DNA from: Camelus ferus
Taxonomy: Eukaryota
DNA: 64,000 nucleotides
Assembly: GCF_009834535.1 (NCBI RefSeq)
Contig: NC_045697.1
Location: forward strand, 24,616,001 to 24,680,000
Direction: 5' to 3'
The notes under the pieces were generated by a model. That model did no database searches, was not told the origin of the DNA, and saw only the letters and a list, made by a program, of their open reading frames with translations. Below, one piece after another: positions 27,831-40,050 of this stretch (positions are counted from its first letter, which is position 1; every line of letters starts with the position of its first letter). The position numbers and the translations under genes were made by a program.

Positions 27831-28127
27831 GTAAGACTGTTTGAATAAAAGGATAACTTGTTCCCAGCTGACTAGAAGTTTATTGTTTGAAAAAAAATAT
27901 TAAATAATCTTAATTTGGCAAATTTAAATTCAGTTGATTTCTTTCCTCTCTCACTCTCCTGTTTGGTGAAATTAAACCATCCAAGAGCTACTTTGAACCA
28001 AATGAAGAATCTTTATTTAGTTTTCCAGAAGGAAAACAATATTAAGCTTCAGATATAATTGTACCTGAGCTGTCCTCCAACTAAGGTTTAGATATTTTCA
28101 TTTTGAAAGGATGATCGCAAATTTGGA

Positions 28128-28154
28128 GTGTGTGTGTGTATGTGTGTGTGTGTG
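28128..28154. repeat. (TG)n microsatellite
   Basis: Directly visible, with one interruption. Confidence 0.95.
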
Positions 28155-29635
28155 GTGAGGGAATAAGTCTATATTATGAAATAAAACATTTCATTCCTTT
28201 TAGTTTGAAAGTTTAAACTCAGAAAACAGGTTACTTTGGTCGAGCCAAAATGTAGCTTGTATTTGAATAGTAGCATCTCTCTGGAGATATATTTATCCAT
28301 TACTTAATCTTACCTTAGTTTTTATTATTATCTTTCAATTATAAGACTTAGAATATATATGTAATTGCCCTTATCATATATATATATAAGTATATACATA
28401 TATATAATCACCCTTATCCTTCACTGACTCTGTTGATTTTGAAATGTCACATTTTTGATTGAATAATTACCACCATACAATATAAAAAGCAAAAACATTA
28501 CATGAAACACGCTTAATAATAAGAGATTACTCTAAGAAAGCGTATTGTAGAGGGTATATTCTAAAAACAAACTGTAAAGAACATATTTAAGGAATATATG
28601 TTGAAATGGTCAAGTGATAAGATACACTAACAGTGGATAAAGCATGCTAGTACAGAGCATTAATGATTTCAGACTTTGCATATCCCAGAAACCTACATTG
28701 GATTTCTTTGAGGTCTGCAGGATGGAGAAATTATGTAAAGGCAGTCAAACACATGCCAGGTCTCAAGGAAGATAAATATGAAAATGTGATTAGAGGATGT
28801 AAATTACACAAAGAATCTGAAAAGTCAGACCAGTTGTACTTTTCTAGCAGATACTCACTGACTAGAGCGTCGTGTTCGCACTTCTCTTCAAGGGACATGT
28901 TATTAGCTATAATGGGCACAGTGTGAGCTTCAACAAATCATTAACTACTTGTGGAACACGTTCTTTTCCCCATCTATAAGTCCTTTTATTAAACCATGTC
29001 TGTAATGAATCAAGGAGCTAATTATTAGCAGCTGTGTTGCAGCTGTGACACTTGGTTTTAGGAGAACAAAGAAAGCAAGGACTTCTCAAGGATCCAGAAA
29101 TATAACTTTTTATCAGTTTGGGCACTGAACAAGGAAGGACAGTCAGCTTGGGACTGCTTCTGGGAATACTCACTCTGCTGCTTACATTGTGTGGATTTAC
29201 AGAATTCTTAGACCATGGTTAGTCATTTAGAACATTTCCTTCCCAATAAAATAGGGAAAATAACAATGAAAGAATTTCCCATTGTCACAGTTAATTGTGG
29301 CAGACTCCGAAACAGAGAGAGCACTTTCCGAATCGGGGTCAGGAGTTTCTGTATTGTATGTTGTTATCTTTGATAGCCCTTAAGATATTGACCCTCCAAC
29401 CCAACACCCATTCATTCACTATTTGTTTAGCTAATATATAATATTTGAATATCACTGTATGTCTCTCATTTTCCTTTATCTTTTTCAATTTACTTCAGAA
29501 AATATAGTAAATATATGATTAGAGAAATACATACTTTTTTAATTTATCAAAATCCCTAGAATGTCAGCAAATGCTTCTACATTATATACATAGGTATACA
29601 TTTACATATATACGTACACATAACATTTAAGCATG

Positions 29636-29686
29636 AAGAGATAATAGATAGATAGAGATAGATAGGGAGATAGAGAGAGAGAGACA
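29636..29686. repeat. (GATA)n/(GA)n compound simple repeat
   Basis: Directly visible. Confidence 0.85.
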
Positions 29687-32600
29687 GAATTAGCATTTCC
29701 ATGGTTGGTAATACTCTATTTGTGTATTTTTATGTTTCATTTATTCATTCAATATAAATGTCTAGTATGTTCCTACATTCTGATAGGGTAGGATCTAAGG
29801 ATAATTCTGTAATGTTTAATAGTAAGTTTACCATTTACAATATATAATAAAATGGCTCTTCCTTTAAGATATTCACAATTTATTGATACAATATACCAGA
29901 CACACACATACACTCACAGAGATACAGTCAAATAAGTGCTAAGTAGAGATATATATCAAGTACTACAATACTAATCTATTTGAAATGAGATGTATAGAGA
30001 AAAAATGTCTATACCAGTGAACATCACATTTAATAGTATTTTTTCCCTATTTACAGACATTTTAGAACTCATGGGCAGTATAACCATTTGACTAATTAGA
30101 TCAGTTGGATAACTTCCATTTCAGAACCACAGTAGCTGGGAGAGAAATGAAAATGCACGTGCCAGTGGGATACTTCCTTTTAAAACAGAAAGTTTCAAAG
30201 GATAAGCATGATTTATACCCTCTTAATCTCCCCTCCCCAAAGAAAGCAATGATTAGATCATCGAGGACCACTTGTGCATGGGGGTTAGGGGAGAGACTCC
30301 GGGCAGTCTGAGTTTGCTGACTGCACCACCACGGAGCAGCAGGGATGCTCCCAGGCTGCTCACAGGGGTAATTATCACCTCTGAGGGAGCAGTGGTTCCG
30401 GAAATGATGCTCATCATCAGATAAAAGGGGAGGGCCCCTCACAAGCCTTCTATTCCAAGCTCTAAAGTTCTTTTGTTTTCAGAAGAAGCAGTTATGAATT
30501 AAGGCCCACTGCTGTTCAAATAATTAGGATTTGTGGTGTTTAAGAATTACCTCCATTAGAGAAGTAAAATGGTATTAATAGTGTGGCTGCAAGCTGTGAA
30601 ATATAGAAACATTACTTCCTAAGACAGCTGTTCAACTGCTGTTAAAATATGCAAACTTCCCCAGGGGAAAAAAAAAAAATCTAGTCAATCAGTTCCTGGC
30701 TAGCAAACAACAATGAAGGAGAGAAATAATAGCCCCATAAAAAGAAGAGTTCTTTTGAGCTTTTGAAACAATTACAGCACAAACTAAATCACCAAGGGAA
30801 CAGAAAATCATTTTGGGATCAAGGAATCAAAGAGCAGGAATTAAGTGATCAAGACACAAAGGTGAATTAACAGAATGATAAGGAAAATAGCAATTCACAA
30901 GGGAAGTTCACATGAGAAGGAAAAACCTGATTTACTAGAGAAACAGCAAGTTTTAACATGATTCTTATAGGGATAAATATGTGGATAAGTGAAAATAAAT
31001 TTTGTTTATTCAACCATCAAATACATTAATTGGGCTTCCCATATAAAGCACTGAGCTTCATAAATAATGTGAAGATATTGGAATCCCTTAAATTGAGACT
31101 CATACTTTGGTCATTTACCTGTGATGATACCAAATTGAGGCAGTATTGGGGGAAAAATACTGAAGAATCTAACTACCTACTTTTACCTTTCAAGACACTC
31201 AAAAAAATCAATACATTAATTTCTGAGGAAGACTTTCAATGACTACTCTGTTTTGCCAATGGAAGCAGACTATCAGGTGTATTATTAGATTAAAAGATAA
31301 TTTTCAATCTGTTAAATTTCAAATCACATATAAAAATGACCATGAAATAATCTGCTTTCTCTTGCAAAGGACTTCAGAGAAAGATACAGTAGAACTTTAA
31401 CTTTCGTATTGGGAGTGACCTACAAATTCAAATTTATATAAATCCCGTGGAATAAAATTCCTGAAAATGGACTTTAAAAAAATATATGTGGACAGTAGAA
31501 AGAGGAAAAAGATCTAATGAGAGGCTGGTCTAGAGGGAGACTGGGGAGGGGGATTGTAATAGGAAAGAAAACGGGAGCCTAAACACCTCAGCAAAGGCTA
31601 GAAAAATAAGGAAAAGAACACAATAAAACCTCAACAAATTGAGCAAAGGATGTGTAAGAACAGTCTACACAGGTCACGTGTGCTCTGGAGAGAACATGGA
31701 GGGCTGGTAGGTAGCGATGTATATTTTAAAGAGAGTCCAGGACCTGGTTGGCTTTTCAGATGATGCACTTGGTGGAGCAATACCAAGTATAGAAGCCATA
31801 ATTTTACACCAAATAAGGGCATAAAAGGTGAACTTAATGTCTGAGGACATGGATGGGCTGGCATCCTGACAATGCCAAATTGGATCTGTATCCTTAGGCA
31901 GTTTTAAGGTTCAGTTTCTGGCTCTGAACATGAGAATTCTGCAGCAGGTATCTGAGAAATCGGTATGCTTGCAGGTGCACACTTTCATTTCCATTACCGT
32001 CTGAAAGTGACTTCTGGCACACAAGGGAATAAAGCCTTATCCCAAAACCTGTCTAATTTGTTAACATTTCTGACTTGATGTATCTATAAATGTAGTTAGT
32101 ACGTAACTGGGTAAAATAAACCAGACTGCACAAGTAAAAAATACTTTTAGAAAGAGTAACCGTTAGAGAATGTGAATAAAAATAACATCTAAGATTGGAT
32201 ATCTGCAATGTTATTTGTAAAGAAAGGAATGTTTAGAAGCAAACATACTTCCCAAGTATCTAAAAAAAAAGTAGAGTACATTCTCAGCAAGATTTCACTG
32301 GAAGGTGACACAACAAATTAACGCTAAACTACATTTTGGTATTTAAATATTCCTAAAGTACTATTTGTTTATGTATTATACATAGCATTCAGGGAAAAAA
32401 AAAAAAAGCCAGACATTAGCATTTGCCATTATTGATTTTGTTTGTTGCAGTTCTGAGTCACGTTGAATTTAACAGATTTTCTTATTTTAGTTCTTAGAAA
32501 GATATACTCTTTTTAGATTTTGGCTACTTATACTCTCATTTCCATAGTTTTTGTAATGTTACTCAAACACAATCTATTTCTATACCCTGATTTCTTTCAT

Positions 32601-35304
32601 TTCATTCAATTATTTGTATTATTTACTATTTTGATCTTTTTAGAAATCTTAGTATCTCTGGGACAGAGGTGTCTTGGTTTACAGATACTAATAGTCTGGT
32701 CAAGAAAGATATCTCTGATTGGAAAAATTAAATCAACATCCTTGTATATATTTCAAACTTTTATATATTTGATTTTGAGATTTTACTGTCAGAGCCTTAT
32801 CTGGACAAAAATTATAAATGTAAATTATTTGTGGACCCACAGATCTGAAGATTGGACTCTAAATATAGTAACCTATCTAGAATGTTCATTTCTCAGATAT
32901 CTGGTACTAAGTTTTGAGTCTTTTTTTATTTAAATGTGCATATTCAACATTTGTGCAGAGCTTCAATCTGACTGGTACTTACCACTTGGCTTGTACTGGG
33001 TACTACAGTCAATGTCTTTGCTAATTGAGCCAGAGTCTAATCTGATTGGCTGGGGCTTCTATCCTTTAAATTGCTGAAGATCATGAAGATTTTCCACTTA
33101 AAGATGTTAGATTGTAAATAAGATTTCTAAGGGCATGATTCATAATTTTTTCTTATATTTTTATATAACATGTATTATATCCTCTATAAATATTTACTTA
33201 TAATATTTTACTGTTTTTTGAATGAGTGAATGTGTTTATTAAAATTATTTGCATGTTAAGTGTCTTAATGGTAGAAAATGATTCTGAGGCACTCTTATTT
33301 TATATTTTAGATCCATGTGCAGAAGCATAAACTTAATTGAAAATGTTAGATGTAGTCTCAATTTATATTCTCTGCACCTTTTGGTCTATGTATCAGGATA
33401 TAGCAATCACAGGTTTGTTTTTGCTTTTGTTTTTCTGATGTTAAGTAGTTGGTCAAAGAGATTAGATATGCCCACTCCTTCTCTATTCTTAACATCAAAC
33501 ACAGTGTATCATCGTATACGAGACACGTTTTCTTCTCAGCCATGGCTTTCTGTCTGCGTTAGGAGGAAGTATTCCCTGCTTCTGGCCTTACGGCCTCTTG
33601 GAAGATTACTAAATTCCAGAAAACTACAAAAATCAGTTGTAGGTAGGAAAATAATTTTTCTCAAATGCACACATTGATCAATTCACTTGAGAATGCCCAT
33701 GTTGGTTCAAATATGTGTTACTGAATAATTCTATATACATTTTTGGTAGATGTTACCCTATCTATTTCTGAATGAAATCTCTCAAGGTCAAGGAGAGTCG
33801 TTCAAGAACTTGCAGAAGGCAAAGAGAAACAAAGGAGTGGTAGTACAATAAACAGATTTCTTCCCATAACATTATTTTTCAAAGGCCCCTGTTTATACAG
33901 AATCAACATTTCATCTACACTAACTGTATGTAAAAGCACAGTGTGTTTTTAATTAGAAGCATTGAACACAAATATATACTTTTCTTAAAAATGAAAATCC
34001 AACATGGAAACTCTGATGATATTTAGGACTTTTCAAGCCCTTTGTTGTTCTTTGTATTTCACTTTAAGAAATATTTATAATTATATAGAGTATTTTCCTT
34101 TGAAATCTTATAATCTAACTGCTTTTCCTTCTTACTATTGCTTTTATTCACAGTCTTGCACACAACAGCAAAATTACTTTCATCTAAATGTTTAATGGAA
34201 ATTCAAAATCAAAACTTCAGTTTTCAATCTATTTAAAGACTTCTGATTTTCTATTACTATTTAAAAGGTCAATTTAACTTTAAACTTGCATTTAATAATA
34301 TACCTATAGTGCTGATATCTGACATTATAAAATTGCAGAAAAAATAATACTTAAGTAAGTGGAAAGGTCAATAAAATATTAATAAAACAAACTAAAACTT
34401 CAAAGTTCAAAAAGTAACTCAATTAGAAAATGATACACTTTATGAAAAATTCTTCAAATCTGTTAACTGAAATACCAGATTGATCTAGTTACTTGCTTTA
34501 ACTGCTTACTGAATCCCTCTATAAAAAATATGGGAAAGAACGTTTTAATTTAAAATGTATCCCTAAAATTTTAAACTCCTCAAATAATGGAATATTTTTA
34601 TAACCTCTGTTTCACCATTCAAACAGAAAATTTCAGAATCTTTATGTAAAATAAAAATAAAATATTAGTGACTTATTAAACATTAACTATATTACTTGGT
34701 TACAAATTAGTATTTCCATTAATTTATCTTCCCTAATTTGTCTAAGTTTTGCAGTTAATATTGTAATGCATGTCACAAAGACTTTGTAACTTGTTCACTT
34801 TCTACTCTACACATCCTTAAATTTGTGAACATTTTCTATACTTTTTTGCTGTGTACAAACTAGTCAGTTATTTCAAAGCTCATATTTTTCCTACTACAAA
34901 GACATCCAACTGCATTCAGCAAACAGAATCATCATTGTTTTTTAACCTCTACTTCTGGAGCCGGAAGCTCCTTTGTTCAAGTGACCACAGGTTCCAGTAT
35001 CACCAAATATTTTAAATGTCACTCTAAAATGGTAATTGTTTTTTCCAGCCTATGATTACAACTTCTTCTCTGGTCACCAACTAGCCACTTTGCCAATGTC
35101 TCATATTTTAGATCACACATTTAGTTATTTTACTGAGGAATAACTTCTGCAAAGACTCTGTGAGAGGGAAGGAATATGCTACAATGGAGAAAAAGAAATC
35201 AAGTGTGGCTATGAGGCAAAAAGAGGGTGTCAAAATGGATATTGTGTTAAGGGTTTTCATCTTTGTCTTAAGAGTAAAATAAAGCTATTGAAGGACTACA
35301 ATAG

Positions 35305-35910
35305 TGAAAAAAAAAGAATACGACACTTAGGAATAAATTTAAACAAAGAGACAAAAGACTTGTACACTGAAAATAACAAAACTTTGCTGAAAGAAATTAA
35401 AGAAGACACAAGTAAATGGAAAGACATCCATATTCATGAATTGGAAGACAATGTTGGTAAGATGGCAATACTATCCAAAGTGATTGACAAATTCAATACA
35501 ATCCCTATCACAAACCCAACAACATTTTTTCTGCAGAAATAGAAAAATCCATTCTAAAATTTACATGGAAGCTAAGGGAGGCTGAATAGCCAAAACAATG
35601 TTGAAAAAGAAGAACAAAGTTGGATGTCTCATTCTTCCCAATTTCAAAATTTAATACAAAAGTATAATGATCTAGTGTTGTACTGGCATTAAGCCAGACA
35701 CATAGGCCAACAGAGTAGAACAGAGAGCCCAGAAATAAACCACTGCAATTGGCCAAATGATTTTCAGCAAGGTGTGAAGGCCATTCAAAGGACAAGGGGT
35801 AGTCTGTTCAACAAATGGTGCTGGGAAAACTGGATAGCCACATGCAAAAAATTTAGTTTTTTAAATGGTAAATTTTATGTTATATATATTTAACCATAAT
35901 TTAAAAAAAT
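35305..35910 (+). mobile_element. Old LINE-1 fragment (L1MB-like) with a large internal deletion
   Basis: ORF2 HLGINLNKETKDLYTENNKTLLKEIKED...WCWENWIATCKK, then directly the L1 terminus 'aaatggtaaattttatgttatatatatttaaccataatttaaaaaaa'. Confidence 0.85.
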
Positions 35911-36001
35911 AGGAACAACCTATCTTATCTTCCTTACTTCTAAGTAATTATTCATAACTCAAATTTTTCAGAAAGAATGCTCTGAAAAACCCTTAAGTTA
36001 A

Positions 36002-36189
36002 TTTTTTAAATCACTTTTTAAAAGTATAATTGATTTGCAAAAAGCTCTACTTATTTAATATATACAACATGGTGAGTTTGTATATAAAGTATACTTCTAT
36101 AAAACCATCATCACAGTCTATGTAATAAACATATTCATCACCTCCAAAAGTTTCCTCCTGCCCTCATTACTTGTCATTATTATTATTGT

Positions 36190-36231
<42 letters not shown>

Positions 36232-36470
36232 AAGAGAGCGAGAGGGAGAAAGGCATTTAATATAAGATCCAATTTCTTAGCAAGTTTTTAAGTACATAAT
36301 GTGGTGTTATTAACTATAAACACTATGCTGTACATTTGTAGATTTCAAGGACCTATTTATCTTGCATGACTGAAGTTTTGTACCTTTTGATTAGTACCTT
36401 CTTGTTTCTCCATCCCCCACCCTTGGCAAACACCATTTCACTCACTGCTTCTATGAGTTTGACCATTTCC
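36002..36470 (-). mobile_element. Old LINE-1 3'UTR (L1MA8/9-like)
   Basis: Contains 'aacatattcatcacctccaaaagtttcctc...ttaatataagatc...cttagcaagttttt...ctgcttctatgagtttgac'. Confidence 0.8.
36187..36249. repeat. (TG)n(AG)n compound microsatellite within the L1 3'UTR
   Basis: Directly visible. Confidence 0.95.
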
Positions 36471-37564
36471 ATTTCTCTCACCACACTCAGAATTTATGTC
36501 AAAATATATGTACAATTGAGTTATTTTCATTTATTTTGTAGTCATGGTTTTTATTAGTGATTTTATAAGTTCCACCTTTCCAAAATGATTCTTAAAATAC
36601 TCAGGCAAAAAAGATGCATGTGCATATGTATATGTGCACCCCCCATGAGTAAGCATGCATATACACACAGTAATGTTTAAGAAATTCAAGTCAGAAAGAG
36701 TGGTTTTGATTGACTGATTAATTCATTTTTATATATAGCTACTGTATATTTTTGATAAATCATAGCATATCCCTTTTATAGAATCCTCAATTATTTAATG
36801 CAAATCTGGAAAAAAATGTTTTTCAGCATCTGAAGTCAAACGCATGCTTTTCATAACAAAGGAGGAGTGAACTTGCCCTCAGACCAAATGGCATTGAAAT
36901 ATAACATATTTTAAGAATCAAGGTCACTGCTATCACTTGCTGGTTATTTAGTTTCTCCATTCAGCCCTATAAAATGTCAGTTTATGAAATGGAGTTGCTA
37001 AAAGTGGACAATGAGAATCTAACAACCAGAAAGCAAGGTTTAGGGCTGTTGAGTGTAGTTCATTAGGGAGAGCAACTCTGAATATTTTCAAAGGCAATTA
37101 TTTATATTTAGGAGAAGATTAAATTTTATTCATCCATCATGATGACACAGCAGAAAATTTGTATTTAATTTTAGAAACATTATTTAAGAAATTGCATATT
37201 TTAAAAAGACTATGATTTAAAAATTTAAGCTTCCCTACTTACAAAATTGTACTTATCCCAGAAATAGTCATGCATATATGATGCCAGGTATGCCATATGT
37301 TTTTCTATTTCACTCTGCATGTTTTAGTTTAATCCTTTGCGTGCAAATTCAAAGTTAAACATATAAACAAGTGAAAAAAATTAACTTCAGTTAGGCAAGA
37401 AAAATCTATGAAACTTTTTAACAGAATTATGTTGGGGTATAATAAACAGTTGAAGGTCATCTGTAAATAAGACCTAACTCCTCATCTGATTCTTGCACAT
37501 CTTTGATATAAGCACATTACACAAAAATCAATTAAACAAACAAGAAAAAATATTGTTGAAGTTA

Positions 37565-38030
37565 GACATTAGATTTCTATTGATGCTCTAACAAATTAAC
37601 ACAAACTTAATAGTTTAAAGCAACACAAATCAATTATCATCTTACAGTTCTATGAGTTGGAAGTCTGACCTCTGGGTTACAATAATTGTGTCAGTAGGAC
37701 TGAATTCCTTCCTGGAGGCTCTGTGAGATGCTTTTCACTACCTTTTCCAGGTTCTATAGGCTGCCACATTCCTTGGCTAGTGGCCTCCTTCCTCCGTCAT
37801 CGAAACCAGCTGTGTTGAATAGCTCTGTGCATTTATTCAGGTAAGGTCTTGTCTTCCGGAGTCATCTGATAAGGTTGGGCCCAGCTGGATAATCCAGGAT
37901 AATTTCCGCATCTCAAGGTCCTTACTCTGAGCACACTTGCAAAGTGCCTTTTGCCATGTAAGGAAAAACATTCCCAGGTTCCACAAATTAAAATGTGGGC
38001 ATCTTAGGGATCTATTATTTTGCCTACCTC
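37565..38030 (-). mobile_element. MaLR solo LTR (MLT1D-like)
   Basis: Contains 'gctctaacaaattaacacaaactta...cttacagttct...ggataatccaggataat...ccttttgccatgtaagg...ttttgcctacctca'. Confidence 0.85.
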
Positions 38031-39189
38031 AACTTCTTTTCTAAATTCTATTTTTATGAGAGAAAAAAAAAGATGGATAGTTTGAGAATGGTAACTTTAT
38101 TCTGGTTATGTATATTATATATAATACAATGCTAGTAGTCTCCCCTTCCATTTTCTAATTCAGTTACTTTGAAGTAAGGAATGGCAAGTGGAGAGTATAT
38201 ACTCCCACACGTGTTACTATGCTGAAACAAAATATAAAAGGGGCATAAAACCACCTCATGCAAAAGAGGATTCTATGATACAGCTATATCAGTGCTTGGT
38301 ATTCTGTTTTCTTGTTTTTTACTCTGCTTTATACTACTTTACACTTTAGTCTGCATTCTGTAGTACATTCCCTCCCCCAATTTGTCTATATATGATGAAA
38401 CAATCACTGGGATATTATATTGATATGAATCAATCATATCGTAAAACATCTCTGATAGAAATTGAATTTGTTCTAGATATTATCAAAAATACCACAAATA
38501 GCAATAAATATTGCTGTATACATGCCGGTAGGTACTGATGGCATGATCTCTAAAAGTAACATTTCTAAAGCAAAGTCCATGTATATTGTGGTTAATATAA
38601 TTATGCTAAGTAAGGTAGTTGAATACCTGTCCTAGCCCCATCCCGCTTCTCTTCTTTTTTCCTCAAAGGCTTGAAGGCTCAAGAGCTACATTGCCTAGGC
38701 TCGTCTGCACCTCGGATTCCTGATGAAAATATTTCATGTGTTTCAATTTTATTATTGATTTGGCCTTCCTATATTTGACAGATGTCTTTTGCAATATTTT
38801 CTATTTCTTTAAAAGTGGTAAATTATTCCTTTAAAGTCTTTTCTATATAATGAAAATAATTAAAATTATCAATTTTCATTTAAAATTTCAGCTGTGTCCA
38901 GAGAACATAAATTTTATTTTTATCAGACTATTGTCAAAAAACAAAATCTGACTTAAACTATAATAAAACTATTCCAAGAAAGAAAGGATTTTTGTGAGGT
39001 TTTTTTTTTGTAACACACTCCTCTATATTTTGTATCTATTTCTTATTTTTATTAAACGTACTTAGAAATTTATATATGTGAACATATTCCCAAAGATTCA
39101 AACCAAAAAATCACATCTGATTATTTCTTTATTGCTTATTTACTTATTAAGCAATAACTTTATCAAGTCAACATATTGTCACCATATCT

Positions 39190-39380
39190 ACCTCTCAACC
39201 AGTAATCATATACACACTCTACCCTACTGCTTATATTGTTTATTGTTTTCTCTCCCTGAATGGAACAAAAGGTCCATTGGAGCAGAGAGTTTTGTCCTGT
39301 TTTGATTACAGATGTGGCTTAAACATATAGATGAGTGCCTGGCACTTGGCTGTGGCTCAGTACCATTTGCTGAATGCGTG
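39190..39380 (+). mobile_element. L2 3' end
   Basis: 'ttgttttctctccctgaatggaacaaaaggtccattggagcagagagttttgtc...agtgcctggcac...catttgctgaatg' is an L2 tail. Confidence 0.7.
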
Positions 39381-40050
39381 GACTGATGGAGCGCCTACTG
39401 TATGTCAGGCACTGTTGTAGGTTCTTGAGCTGCATCTGTGAAGAAAACAAAGATTCTTGTGGGACTTACAGTTTGTGGGGTGAAGAAAACCATACAGTCA
39501 ATGAGCAATAGTCATAAAATTAATGAAGTTATATAGAATAGTAAAAGATGATAACTACTAGGGAAAAGAAAGAGCATGAGAAGGACAAAAGAAAGCTGGA
39601 GTAATTGGCTAGGAAAAGGGGTTGCAGAAATAGTAGTTTTTTGTTGTTTGTTTGTTTGCTTTTATAGTGGTCATGGCAGGATGTATTAAGAAGGAAATGA
39701 TTAAGCAAAGTCTTAGAGGTAAATGAGTGTACCATGAGGATAGAAGAGGAAGAAAAATTTCACACTGAACATACAGACACTTTGGGGAAAGGAGAATTCC
39801 CTGAACAGCGAAGGGTAAAACAGGGATGGACAGGTGATGAAGAGACCAGAGTGGGGAGGAGAGGGTACAACTGATGTGGGCCCAGAGACCAGAGAATGAA
39901 CCTTGTTTTATTTTGAGTGAAATGGAAAGATTTGGGGAATTTTGAGCGGAAAAGTGTTACGTGGTTTACATTTGAAAGAGATCCTTCTGATTGGTGTGTT
40001 GAAAGTAAACAGTATGATGGTGAATTTAAAAGCCAAGAGTGCTTAACATT
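39381..40050 (-). mobile_element. L2 fragment, tail-to-tail with the preceding copy
   Basis: 'gagcgcctactgtatgtcaggcactgttgtagg...ggacttacagtttgtgggg...tttacatttgaaaggagatcct'-type reverse L2 sequence. Confidence 0.7.

Noticed and set aside
32520..33677. 137-aa and 120-aa ORFs (32520-32933, 33315-33677)
   Set aside because: The F/L/I-rich composition simply reflects AT-rich DNA. The first starts at TTG, and neither has a recognisable domain or exon boundaries.
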